Assembly (NCBI GenBank): GCA_024704765.1
Contig: JAKMXF010000222.1
Location: forward strand, 1,368,400 to 1,432,399
Direction of reading: 5' to 3'
Length of the DNA stretch: 64,000 bases
From: Oopsacas minuta
Lineage: Eukaryota; Animalia; Porifera
Shown piece after piece: positions 10,354 to 23,091 of the stretch. Under the pieces are notes generated by a model. It ran no database searches, had not been told where the DNA came from, and was given only the letters and a program-made list of their open reading frames with translations. The translations under genes and the position numbers were made by a program. The first letter of the stretch is position 1. Each line of letters opens with the position of its first letter.

Positions 10354-13300
10354 ACTGTTGCAATATTCTATCATTATAGGTACATTATTTGAGGTATGTA
10401 TTTTAGTATCATTAGGTTGCTCTATGTTCAGAATTATGTCATACGTATATAATATATGTGTACTCAGATATGTTTGGAAAACAACAACAATATGATTATC
10501 TAGTCTTGAACCAGTCAGCTGTTGTTGGTATGAATAAAATTAAGGATACCACCATGCACCACTATGTCCCATTTTAACTTAATAATATTGAATTTACCAT
10601 CTTTGTACACTTTCAGTCTTCGAATGAGCTGGTATGACTATAATAGATTAACCGAATGGCCCGATTAACCCTTTTGTTGAGGTTAGCCGTCAAGGTTCAT
10701 TTTCATAAGCATTTTAGGAATTGGAACTTCTAGGATATTTGAGTATACGTATGGGCGCCAACTCGTGGGGGACAGGGTGCTTGAGACCTCCCCCTGGATT
10801 GGTTATGTCTCCATAGAGCTATGAACACTTAATACATTAATTCAGCTCAGTTCGTAACGTATCTATACGAATTACTTATTTAATCATATAAGATTGAGGT
10901 TTCAACCTTAGCTGGCTATCAGATGTGTAGACTGTCGTCTTTACTTTCCAATTTTGTCTGCCCTAACATTCGACACTACTCCATCAATTATGATTAACAA
11001 TTAATTTGGTCACATGCTGTAGTTTACTGATAATTGTGCTTAGAGGGATTGCCTACGATATATAGTCCCTAATTAGGTTAACTATATTTAGGTTGCTTGT
11101 GAGAATTGTTGGTTTCTTCGCTTTTCTGAAACTCTGATTAGAACAATAATTCCTCTCACTTGTACGCTAGTTCTTGCATGGTATCATAGACCATCCGTTT
11201 CTATACATGGTTGGGGAGTAGTCCTGTTTAACGAATCATATGTTTTAGACCTGTCCTTCCATAACTTGCCATCCTTTCAAGACGTGCTAGTCTGATAAAA
11301 CAACACAACTTTTTTTGTTAATTACCTGGTTACAAGTAACAGCTGTAGGGATATTGTATGCTCCAGTCGTTAAGTGAATTGCATTTTGCTGAAGCACTGA
11401 GCTCATTGTTTTAATGTTATTTCTAGCTCTTTTGATTTGTTCAAAACTGTTTTAATTTAGTTGCAAAGTTATACACACATGGATAATTGTTAAGATTTCT
11501 TTGATCATGATTCACGAATTTCAGAATTAGTTATTTCATCACTGCTATCATTACTTTACTTAAAATAATAATAATATTAATTCAAGTTTAATGTACTATG
11601 CAAAAATTAAATTACAAAAACATTAAATAATTATATTTTCATTATTGAGCTCTTTTACACAAAATATTTTAAAAGTGCTGATTCTAACAGGTTCAGTTCT
11701 ATAATATAATATTTGTCTAATATTGTATAATGATATAGCTATTCTACTTTTATTACACGTTTTTTATGACCTTATCGGATCAACTCGATTCCATTATTGT
11801 AGATTCCCGTTCTTTTGTTAATACGATTTCCGGATGAGGAGTACAAATTTCGCCTATATTGTTCCCATTCACGAGAGTCTACCGTATATTTATATAAAAT
11901 AATAGAATTCAAATATATAACACAGAGGTTTTAATAATTTGAACATGTGATTCATATGTTTACACTTCTTTCATGTCATTTACCACATTGATCAGCTGCT
12001 TGTTGTATCTCAATAGAGATCTTTGTCCCAAGATTCTCTAACTGAGCATAAGGTATTCATAAGCTTCTCGCTTGACTGATGCATTACTCTACTACACCCA
12101 GCAAAATGCATATCTTGTGACTATGTACATCTGTTTCTGAACACTAGCTTAACTCTTTTAGCTTCTTTAGCCTTTGGGGCACTCCACGAGAATGCTTCTT
12201 TGAAGTAGTGGAAGGAGCGAGCTTCTTTGCACGAAGTTTTCTTTATTCGAAATATTCGCATGTGATCATGCAACAGGCATTAAGATGACCCTAATGATTA
12301 TTTATTATATTTGAGACTAATCGATTTTACATATGACTTCACCTCGTGTGTATTTTACTGACTACTGTTTATTGCGTCAAAACGCGTTCCAGATATGATT
12401 TCTTATATCGACACATTTCTAGAATATATTCAAATTCTTACTATCTGATATTGTGCTTATTGCTAAAATAATAAACGAATGTATACGGGTATCTAAATTT
12501 TTATACTTTAGATGGTAGAACTCTTCTATTATTAGAGTTCAACCTGACTATTAATTAATTGATAGATTGCTGATAGTTTATTCATATAATTATTAAGCGC
12601 ATTGTATCCATGCTGAATAGGGTAGACTGGTAGAGCATTATTCTGTTAGGCAGAAACAGGCGAATCAGCTCATGCTTTTCTCTGTTACACTCAACTCTCA
12701 AAACATAAATATTTATGTAGAGTTCAATTGTACCATGTTTGTATTGAATGGGATACGTTTAATAACTTGTTGGATCAGGATACTTTGTTGATGGTTACCT
12801 ATTTTGAAAATTTAGGATTTGCTAAGAATTGGGTGTCAAATATATTTTTCTAATTAACATATTGCATTTTTGTTGTAATTGTTAAGTTGAACTACATATG
12901 CATACATTTCTTTCCAGGCAGTTATTCCTAATTATGCGGAGTTGTTAATTAAAGAATTGTTTGTAATACCTTCTCTATTGCGTGGGTTTGAACACTTGCT
13001 AGAAAAAGTGTTCGGTGTTGACTGTACTTTAAATTCCAACGTGTATAATTTTCATATTACTATTTATTTGATGGTTGCACGAGGCATTCTTTATTTAATG
13101 TACTTATAGAACTACTTATACACACCTGACTCATATTTTAGAATGTCTATCTTCATATAATATTCTTTTGTTTTCTGTTGTGATGTAATCTTATTTTACA
13201 TTTCTCTATGCTAAATAATGTTATCCCTATTCCCCATAATATTCGATTATTATAGTCAAGCATTTCATGAATTCATTGTGTACTAATACTTACAACAAAT

Positions 13301-13494
13301 ATATACATACATGGTAAATCTCTTGTTGGACTAATCATATAAAAAATCCTATTAGAAAATTAATAAAAAAGAATATGCAAAATATACAAATCGATTTAAT
13401 TTTGTACTTATCTTTCCAATAGTTAAGTAAGGTTTGCACTTTTGTAAGTGAGATGCTTCTCTGAAGTGAGTTGTTAGGTTGCTGTACATAGAAA

Positions 13495-14379
13495 TCAGGG
13501 TAACTGTATCATTTGATTAGATTCAAAGATTCTTTTTTGAATTTCTCTATCTTTATATCTAAAATATTTTCCTTCTGACTTTGACGAGATTAAACAATAT
13601 AAACTAACAGGTCTCCAGTCTAGATTTATTATTTCACCATCCTGTGGTCTCCATACAAAATTCTGAGCTTCGTTTGCTCTAGGCGGTGCGAGAGCACTTG
13701 TAGGGATTGGTTTATTCTCCACCTCCACAGGATCATCTTGAAATATCGGCTCTAACAAAGTTGATCTTTCTTTTAATGGTTTATTACAATCTACTTCAAT
13801 ATTTACCTGAGCTCTCCACTCGTATGACTTTAAAATATAGATTTCTTCCATCGGTTCTATTTTATACACTAACCAAGCAATGAATGTCTGATCTCTTTCA
13901 ACTTTACATAGAGTATCAGGTTGGTCCTTCCCGACTGGAATTGCCCAACTTACTCTTGGTGAGAAATTATCATTCATCAAAACTTCTGGTTTCTGTTCAC
14001 TGAATGTTGGTCCACGAATTGTCCTACATTCTGTCGTAACACCGTACCAGGGGTACTGTCTCCCGTCTGCATCACTCACTGCACAGATAATCTTTGTGTT
14101 GAGTTGTGGAATTTCCCAGCTGGACCGTCCCTCTGGGTATGTATTAACAAATTTCATATCTGTCACAGCCTGTATCCAACCTACTGTAATACATTCATAG
14201 GATTTTAATTCTGGAATGACGACTTGTGCATACGCCCTGAAATGGGGAGTGATGTAGTTGAGTGTGGGTTCAGTTTCTATTATTTTCGTTTCCTTTTTTT
14301 CAATCCAAGCTCCGCAAGAAATCACTCTTACTTCTCTCTTCCCGAAACTCATTACCTTACTCCCCCTGATCGAACTCAT
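13495..14379 (-). CDS. FAM78: FAM78 family protein, 294 aa
   Basis: Motifs TPHFRAYAQV, VGWIQA, SSWEIPQL and AVSDADGRQYPWYG..TE match FAM78A/B. Confidence 0.85.
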   Translation of the reverse strand: MSSIRGSKVMSFGKREVRVISCGAWIEKKETKIIETEPTLNYITPHFRAYAQVVIPELKSYECITVGWIQAVTDMKFVNTYPEGRSSWEIPQLNTKIICAVSDADGRQYPWYGVTTECRTIRGPTFSEQKPEVLMNDNFSPRVSWAIPVGKDQPDTLCKVERDQTFIAWLVYKIEPMEEIYILKSYEWRAQVNIEVDCNKPLKERSTLLEPIFQDDPVEVENKPIPTSALAPPRANEAQNFVWRPQDGEIINLDWRPVSLYCLISSKSEGKYFRYKDREIQKRIFESNQMIQLP

Positions 14380-15816
14380 GATTCGTGATTTTGATATTAT
14401 CGAATTTGCTGTATATTTTTACTTGTGTGTACCAAACTCAATACAAATCCTATATTTATACCAGTAGACCTACTATATTATTGTATAGTTTGAAATCCAG
14501 CTAATACAAAAGTTATTCCCCTTAATTGTCTTGCACGTACACACAACTGCTGGTGGTTCGGCCAGTTTAAAGAATATGAAATATATAATTCATACTTGAA
14601 TCCTTTATGCTTTTCAATCTAGAGCAGCTTATCAATAGAAATGCATACTACTGTATAATCATTTTGCACTCAGATGATTCTATCCACCATAAGGTAATAT
14701 TTGCACTGCATACGACCAGCTTGAATTCATATTGGCCAAAACGTAAGCTATATGCTGCCATTGTGGTTGTTGGCTTCCACAGCATACCACCAAAGTGTTA
14801 TTTCTTAACAGCTGATTAATTGCTACCTTTACTAATAATTCACTAGGCTTGTGACTATACTTCCTCTTAAACTAATTAGCTAAAATATCAAAAAATACCA
14901 GTTCCTTTCCTATAGCTGCCAGTAGTTTCTCTAATTAACCAACACAGTTATATAAGGTTCAGGATGTAAGGATATTACGTGTAGCATATTGTAGATACTT
15001 TTCTAATGGCATATATGCTATTTTGTATTATACTTATATGATTGTCAACTTAATACCATTGTTCTACACCAGCCTATCTTAGCGTCATTAATTAGAACAT
15101 ATTCGACAACGATATTATATTTAGCGTAATCAATATTTCAATTAGCAATTTATTCGATAATTAGTTATGACTCTCCTTTAGACGTTAGTTCAAATATTTG
15201 AATAAAGAGGCAGTAATGTACAAATGCTACATAAGCAGTTCTAACATTTGAGATCACTTTCACAATACGCACTTACATACGATTCATTCAAGACTTATTT
15301 GCTTTTATGATTCATCTAGAGGCCAATTGTACCCCTATGTTTGTACCATGGAGGTATATACATTGGACGAACATGGTTAACAAGATAAACCACTAGACTA
15401 CTGTAAAATATTCAGTCCTGAGTTTACCAAATTCTTAATTTTTGTATACAGTAGAGCTCGGATTAGACTTATTCTAAAATAATACGTACGTACTACTTCT
15501 TTCATCCAAAAGATTAGCTTCCATCCATTTTATTACAATTCCAATTCGCATAAGACGTACACTCATATAGTTCGTACTAATATTCTCTCCCGTAGTATCT
15601 GGTCCACTATATCATTACTGATGATTTACAATACTCAACTAGAGATATAATTATTTGCTAATTGTAACAAGAAAATAGATATCCAATTGTCCATGGGTAA
15701 TAAACATATATGTATCAAGCTGTGGTATATCTTTAGTAGTGATCATTCTAAATTATTTTCTAGACTAGTTTAATTTCTCCTTAAATATTTTAAATATTGT
15801 TCTTAGCATTTTAAGG

Positions 15817-17016
15817 ATGTTAACCATATCCCCTATACTTATCGCTCTATCTTGTTTCCTCTCTATCGCTTGGGCAGATAGTGGCTGTAACGATGCTATG
15901 CTCAAAATGCGAATTGAAAGTGAAGATTTACCAAAGCTCATATGGTATAGTGGCCAAGCTCCTGAATTCACGATTACCCAACACTGTAGGGCACATAGCT
16001 TTACAAATCCAGTATGGCTATCTAGCACATTAATTGCTCTCAGATTTGCATCTTCAAATTCGAATGATTCAATTCCTTATTTTTCTCTCCTTCACTACAA
16101 CTCATGCAATGAAACTACCAGCAGATTCAATGACCCTATCATATTGATAAATACTACCGTGTATGACTCATCATTGCATATGCAATATGTCACTAACAAT
16201 ACTGATGCAGACTTCTGTTACTCATGTGTGAACAATTCAACCATGAATTTCTGTCAATCTTGTGATCCTAGCTGTGATACGACTGACGGTTTGAACTACT
16301 GCTATGGACCTTCAGAAACCGATTGTTGTAACTACGTACAAGGTGATGACTGTGTGCTAATGTGTACTAATAATTACTATCCTGATGTCATGAGTACCTG
16401 TGTTTATCAACACATTTGTGAGTATGATTCGCCCTGCATCAATGGAGATTGTACTGCAAACGGTACTAAATATGTATGTAATTGTCCTGATACACACTTG
16501 GGTAAAAATTGTTCTATTCCTAATCCTTGTAATATCGCAGGAAAGTGTAACAATAATGGTAATTGTACAGTATTGGACACTTCGCCTTACTTCAAATGTA
16601 ATTGTATAATGGGCGTTGAAGGCTCTAACTGTGAAATCAACAAGTTCTGCAATGTTTCTACAAATCCTTGTCTTAATGATGGAAACTGCACTTCAATACA
16701 GGCAGACAATTATGAATGCACTTGCAGAACTGGATATACAGGAAATGATTGTCAAACTTCTCCAAGTACAACAACCTCACCTGTCGTAGCTATTGCAGCA
16801 TCAGTTGTTGCAGTGGTTATCGTAATTACAGCTCTAGTAATCATAGTTGTCATAGTATGTGTAGTCATCTTCTACCTGAAGCGCAAAAAAGGAAAGGTAG
16901 ATATTGCTAGGAAAACTAGCAAAGTGTATCCTTCTAACGGTAATGGTACAGTTGACGAGAAGGCACCAATCCTAGAGGAAGAGAAAACACCAATCCTAGA
17001 TAAAGAGAAGCAGTGA
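15817..17016 (+). CDS. Type I membrane protein with furin-like Cys-rich region and three EGF-like domains, 399 aa
   Basis: Signal peptide, then CDPSC...CYGPSETDCC furin-like Cys pattern and three 6-Cys EGF modules (C..SPCINGDC..., C..AGKCNNNGNC..., C..NPCLNDGNC...CTCRTGYTGNDC). A hydrophobic TM is followed by KRKK and a ~45-aa tail. Confidence 0.85.
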   Translation: MLTISPILIALSCFLSIAWADSGCNDAMLKMRIESEDLPKLIWYSGQAPEFTITQHCRAHSFTNPVWLSSTLIALRFASSNSNDSIPYFSLLHYNSCNETTSRFNDPIILINTTVYDSSLHMQYVTNNTDADFCYSCVNNSTMNFCQSCDPSCDTTDGLNYCYGPSETDCCNYVQGDDCVLMCTNNYYPDVMSTCVYQHICEYDSPCINGDCTANGTKYVCNCPDTHLGKNCSIPNPCNIAGKCNNNGNCTVLDTSPYFKCNCIMGVEGSNCEINKFCNVSTNPCLNDGNCTSIQADNYECTCRTGYTGNDCQTSPSTTTSPVVAIAASVVAVVIVITALVIIVVIVCVVIFYLKRKKGKVDIARKTSKVYPSNGNGTVDEKAPILEEEKTPILDKEKQ

Positions 17017-19038
17017 CGGCAACACGGTTACTTATATTTATACTTTATTAGCTACCTAGTTTATACTACCAATATTTCTATTTTTACATATTTTATGCGA
17101 ACCATTGTTTATTTTATATTTATCTCTATATTTAGTATAATACTTTTTCAAATATTAATTTAATTTGTAAATCTTATTACTTGTAAAACTCTAGTATAAT
17201 TTCTGGGGTAAATATGCTTTGGAAAATCCCTAAGCTTTTAACGAGTGCTAGAAACTGTGGGGTCAGCGTTTATTTGGATTATTGTTTGGCTATCCACTGC
17301 ATGTTCTTCCAAATATGTGCGTATATCCTCACATACGCGTAGTAAAATTTTGTCCTGCTCTTTGACTCGCCCGTAGGTCTTACGACACGGCCGTGAACTT
17401 GACAAATCGGGCCTTGACTCGATACCAAAACAATATATTAAGTGGAGAGCGGGAAATCGAAATTTGAGAAAACATTTTCGATCGAGTTTGACGAATGTTA
17501 AATAAAATAAAAGAATAAAAATATTGCAATATAAATTTTTAAGAACTATAGGATAAGTCCGGGTAAACTTAGGTAGACTCTGGCATCAGGGCATTTCTCG
17601 GATGCCAGGGTAAGGATAGGCGTCGTAAACTATTACGACACCTATGATCCTTACATTCTCATTGAGACACAATTAGAACGCACTCCATTTTGTCAGTAGA
17701 ACAGCGAGCTCTTTAAATATTATAGGTCAAATTTTTAATGAGCGCTTATTGGTCTGTTGTAAATAGAGACTACCTTTTCATAGGAAATTAACAATGAAAC
17801 AATTGACAAAGTACATTTTATAATTTGATAATTATGAACACCTCATCCACCACTGATGAACTATTAATAAGGAGAGCTCATGCTCATTTAATACAAATAT
17901 GATTAACATCTAAAAGATAATTATTAGGCTTGAAAGAATACAAAGATATAGTACACAAATGTGTCAAGAAATAAATCTGCTTGGCTAAAATAAGCAAAAA
18001 TATCCAAGTTACTTTGACAAAAACGATTTCCTACCCTTTAACCCAGTGTTCCGTAACCCCCCATTTACCGGGTGCATACGACCAACAAATATCTTCAAAG
18101 GAAAGCGTATTTTGCACTTTACAGAAAGAAAATTTTGCATTAGATTTTCCATGTAGGCTTTGATTTCAATTAATATTTTACTCACTAATCTGATCCTATT
18201 TAATTTCTATGCAGCAATCACAACACTTTGATCCAGGCTATATGCCTGCCAACCTTTCATACATCAAATCTCAGGGTAGATTTTAGCATGTTCATGGCCC
18301 AAAATTTTCGCTCGCTCGTAATGTTAACAGATAATATATACAAAGATTATGAGAAAAATTGCTAAAAATAATGAAAGTTTGCGTCGATTCCACTGGCTTG
18401 GATAAAATAAATAATTACTAATATATCATGGCGGGCGGCACCCATTAGAGTTAGTGGGCCCTTGAGGATTATAAACGTTGAATACAATAGTTAATTAGTT
18501 ATACAAGAATGTCATGCTTAGACAAATGAAATGTATATCTAGACACCTGAATATATTGATGAAATGAGATCCCTGGAAGGTTGTTAGATATGAAAATATG
18601 AATTTCGTATCAACCATTCAAGTTCTGATTTTCCATTGGTACAAATACTAGTATCGTTTTATTCTAGCCTGAATAGATAGAATTTTGTAACAATATCAAT
18701 AGTAAACTCGCGTTAGAACCAAGTGGAATACAACAAAACTACCGTTATGAAAATGTGATTCTACAGTCTACACCAATGCATCATATAGCTTGAAAGCAAT
18801 TGATTTTACTCCGCTTTCAAAAAATTCCGCACATAACGAAATGAACAGGGTTTCCTAGGACTTAGTTCATAGGAACCTACGGTGCGGAGATTTTCCGTAC
18901 CGTACTAAAGGTACTATGACTGAGTTATAACGAGAGTTTATTGTATATTTTTGTAAGTTGGATCTAGACTTTTGAATTATCGGGATTTGGAGGCACCTAA
19001 ATCAGTCATAAATTCATGAATTTTGGAAAATTATTGCG

Positions 19039-19435
19039 GCTGGTGTCATATAGTAATTTCCCTATTCCAATTTGCACTATTACTAGTCACATTTAGTACT
19101 AAATATCTATTATATCTGTATCTAATTTGCCTAGTACCGACCCTGTAGATGTAATGCGAAAAATCCAAAGAGGGGAATAAATCATAAAATACGGAAAACC
19201 ATCCTTAAAGGAATTTTAATCAAATCCACAAGACATCAAATAGAAATAGATATTTACAACTATTACGAAAAAAAGCTACTATCTCCAGTAATTATCAAAA
19301 ATAACACGAAACAACAATTAGTAATAATTCAACGAATTGGTAACAAAATTTTTCAATAGGGGAACTTTACTATGCATGATAATTTTCCCCTCAGGAAAAT
19401 TATTATGTAGTATTGGGGTACTATATGACACCGGC
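19039..19435. mobile_element. MITE-like element with 17-bp TIR
   Basis: gctggtgtcatatagta (19039-19055) versus tactatatgacaccggc (19419-19435), 1 mismatch. Internal hairpin at ~19368-19412. No clear TSD. Confidence 0.55.
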
Positions 19436-20126
19436 AACAACTATGGGATACCAAAATTTAGCCTCAAAGGTTCAAAAAGGTTGCGTAACACTGTCTTAAC
19501 CCTCCAAAACGAGTAAATATTTCAAATCAGCAAAAATGCTGATTTTGTAAAAAACCTATTTATACATTAGAAAGATAGGAATTCACGAGAGTGATGAGAC
19601 AAATAAATATACGTCTATATTAGTACTACAAATATTGGTCTTCAGCAGCGTCCAAGTTTACTTGGACCCACACTTTCTATCCATGACTATGAATGTACGT
19701 TATTGACGAGTTTCACTCTATCCTTTCGGGGATACCTAGCTACAAGCTTGCTACAAAATTGCACTATGATATTACGCTTGTAATATTGCAATAAATAATA
19801 TCATAGGAAAAATCTACGATAGAAATTAGCCTGTTCATGAAGGGCTCCATATTGTCTCTATAGCCAAGATAGATGAACTCATTCTCATTGCCTGACCTAT
19901 TGCAAACGAATGAAGCCCTGATCATTTCCTTTATGTATGGACAACAAATACACACTGAATAATTCTATTTAAATATAGTCATTTGTACGTAGTCTCTTTC
20001 AATAGTTGACCTATCTGTAACTACATATTGATATATTACGTTTTTAACCTACCTAGTATATTGTTACAGATAGCAATATAGTTTGCATACTCAGTGTTAA
20101 TCTTACACTATAGCCTGTCTTTGGTA

Positions 20127-20948
20127 ATGGCTAACAACTTATCTGACAATGATACCAGTGCTCCTGGCTCTCAATCTCCTATTCATCTCACTAACTTATT
20201 CGAGTGCCCTGTCTGTTACGAGTATATTCTACCCCCTATCCTTCAGTGTGAGAGCGGTCATCTTGTTTGTTCCAAGTGTCACTCTAAACTAGGATCTTGT
20301 CCTTCTTGTCGCCGACCTCTTGGTAATGTCCGGAACCTGGCTATGGAGAAGGTAGCAGAACAAGTCACATTTCCTTGTAAGTACGCATTCAAAGGGTGTC
20401 TTGAGAAATTCTTCTATTCCATAAAAGAGAATCATGAAGACAATTGTCTGTTTAGGCCCTATCATTGTCCCTGTCCTGGTACCAACTGCTCCTGGGAAGG
20501 AAGCGTAGATGAAGTACTGCCCCATCTAAAAAGCTCTCACACTTCTATCACTAATCTACAAGGAGATGACATAGTGTTCCTGGCTACAGATATTGACCTG
20601 CCTGGTGCTGTGGACTGGGTAATGATGCAATCTTGTTTTGAACACAATTTTATGCTTGTGTTAGAAAAACATGAACGAATTGAAGGATATCCACAGTTTT
20701 TCGCAGTTGTTCTCGTTATCGGGTCACAAGCAGTAGCCAATCAGTTTACGTACAGACTGGAATTGGCAGGAAATGCAAAGAAACTTACCTGGGAAGCTAA
20801 GCCGCGGAGTGTCCGTGATGGAATTCACACAATTATACAATCTTGTGACTGTCTGGTATTTGAACCCAGTCATGCTAAACATTTCGATCCAGGCAATGGA
20901 AATCTAGCAATGAATGTCGTGATTAGTATGAAGAATTTCAAAGTATGA
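20127..20948 (+). CDS. SIAH: E3 ubiquitin ligase SIAH/Sina
   Basis: RING (FECPVCYEYILPPILQCESGHLVCSKC), RNLAMEKVA, zinc fingers and substrate-binding domain (DLPGAVDWVMMQSCFEHNFMLVLEK). ATG taken at 20127. Confidence 0.97.
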   Translation: MANNLSDNDTSAPGSQSPIHLTNLFECPVCYEYILPPILQCESGHLVCSKCHSKLGSCPSCRRPLGNVRNLAMEKVAEQVTFPCKYAFKGCLEKFFYSIKENHEDNCLFRPYHCPCPGTNCSWEGSVDEVLPHLKSSHTSITNLQGDDIVFLATDIDLPGAVDWVMMQSCFEHNFMLVLEKHERIEGYPQFFAVVLVIGSQAVANQFTYRLELAGNAKKLTWEAKPRSVRDGIHTIIQSCDCLVFEPSHAKHFDPGNGNLAMNVVISMKNFKV

Positions 20949-21903
20949 CAGATATGTTGGCCGCTGCTTTCCTCGTAGATCTCTGATCTACTCCATTAAC
21001 GAGAGTGTATATATTTGAGTTGTCTTATTTGCAGATATCTCTTGGCTTAATGATCACATTGATATTAAATACAATTAATGCTACAAGAGGTTATACTTTA
21101 TTAGTGGGTGTGGATGGAGGACCAGGGTATCATATTTAATAGCAGAGTTGGAATCGGGTTCACTTTTCAGAACCCGAACTCGATTCCAACTCTGATGAAA
21201 AGATATATTAAGACATCAATGAAGACAGTTCAAATGGTCATCCCTTCATTTTGTTTTGTTTTGTTTAGTTTTTTTAGGAATAATTCATATTTTGAATATT
21301 TTCATATCTGTGGTATAAAATGTGAAATTTTTCTGAAAATAAGCCGTCGTTGAACTTGTGTTTATCTTGATTGGTAAGTAGATGAACAATCCTAGCATCA
21401 TTGTGGTTAGTATGTGTGTTTTTTTTTTCTACCAATGACCAAACTATATGCTTTACTATAGCCGACTATGCTGAAGTTTTATTATACTTATATTTCAAGT
21501 TCAAATTCACAGACCCAACCCATTACACCCCAAATGCTGGTCATCACACCGTTTTTATGGTTTATTGCAAATACAGAATAATATTTTCTATAAAATATGA
21601 CCTAAACAAACATTGAGTGAATATGGATAAGTTATATGATTTCGAATTTTGGAAATTTCGTAATAGAAATTATGGCTATAAATGCTGGTCACTCGGGTTG
21701 TATTCCTTGTACATGATTAATAGGATAGAATATCGAGCAAATACGATGCTATCACAAAAGTAATAAAATATCAGACCTCTAAAGTTTAGGGAGTTTCTCT
21801 TGATTATCTGATATAGATTTAACCTATTAAATTTGAATCGGTATTCGAACTTCATCCTGATAGCAAATATATCACTTGTCCATTACTGTTATCTCTGAGC
21901 ATT

Positions 21904-23091
21904 ATGGCGTCTAACGACTTAGAGCATTTCCAATCCAGAATATCGACCCTGATAGCTAGAGTTGAATCATTCTATTCTCATATCCATGATATTGTAGAGA
22001 GAAAGGAAACTCTTCTAATACAATTACAGGAGTTACAGAACTCATGGAAAGTTAATTCTGAAAAGATACTGAATGAAATAGATTCTAAGTTAAGTAATTT
22101 ACGGGAATCAAGTTCTAAACTGTTCACCAACAACCTGATCGATGCTGAGGAAAACATCTGTCTTTCATTTCAAAAATACTTCCAGCTATGCTACCCTAAT
22201 TTTCTTCCTACCTTAGTACATAATTCTGAGCTAGAGGTAGAATATCTAGGTAGTATTAATTACGAATCTGTCGCTCAGTATAGGAACAAGATATATCCTC
22301 AACAGAGTATTAGCAAAATAGGATCAGGCATAGATGACGTAATGGGCGTCCGTGCTGTTAAATTCGATTCTGAGGATGGTGAAGAGAGAGTTTACGTTGC
22401 AGATGCAGGAAATCATAGGATACAGGTATTCTCGGTGAATGGGGAGTATTTATTTAACTTTGGTGTAGATATCCTCTCTTCTCCCTGGGGACTCTGTACC
22501 AAGCTACCAGGTAGAGTACTAGTATCAGATGATATTGTTAATGCGGTGTATTGCTTTAATAAATCTGGTAGAATACTCACTGAGAAGAAAGGAGATGATA
22601 ATACGATAGATTGGAATCCGTTAGGTATAGATGCATGTCCAGACAGCTCTGAGATATTTATAGCTGATAGCAAACATAACAGAATAGTTATTCTAGATAT
22701 AAACTTCTATATTATATCTTACTTCTGTTCAGATAGTCTATCTTCTCCGCGTGATGTTCATGTGAATAGAGATAAAGTGTTTGTTCTAGACAAGAGTCAG
22801 TATTGTGTACACACGTTCTCACGTCCTGACTACTTGCATCTAACTCAAGTTATCCAGTACACATCTGGGACAGATTTCTTCAGTATAGACTCAAGAAGTA
22901 ATATTATATTATCAGTTACGGTATCACACTGTATACACATATACACTACAACAGGTGAATTTATACATAGGATCGGTTGGTTCGGAGAGAAACGCGGTAA
23001 GCTGGTATTTCCTACAGGAGTTGACTGTACTAAGGATTGGAGAATAGTTGTGATATCCTCCAGACTTAATGGACCTATTCAGGTCTATTAA
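21904..23091 (+). CDS. Coiled-coil plus NHL-repeat beta-propeller protein (TRIM-NHL-like, no RING/B-box), 395 aa
   Basis: N-terminal heptad region, then NHL repeats such as VYVADAGNHRIQVFSVNGEYLFNFG and IFIADSKHNRIVILD. Confidence 0.85.
   Translation: MASNDLEHFQSRISTLIARVESFYSHIHDIVERKETLLIQLQELQNSWKVNSEKILNEIDSKLSNLRESSSKLFTNNLIDAEENICLSFQKYFQLCYPNFLPTLVHNSELEVEYLGSINYESVAQYRNKIYPQQSISKIGSGIDDVMGVRAVKFDSEDGEERVYVADAGNHRIQVFSVNGEYLFNFGVDILSSPWGLCTKLPGRVLVSDDIVNAVYCFNKSGRILTEKKGDDNTIDWNPLGIDACPDSSEIFIADSKHNRIVILDINFYIISYFCSDSLSSPRDVHVNRDKVFVLDKSQYCVHTFSRPDYLHLTQVIQYTSGTDFFSIDSRSNIILSVTVSHCIHIYTTTGEFIHRIGWFGEKRGKLVFPTGVDCTKDWRIVVISSRLNGPIQVY

Noticed and set aside
20094-20126. GTG-initiated extension of SIAH
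   Set aside because: A non-ATG start is unnecessary because an in-frame ATG at 20127 precedes the RING.
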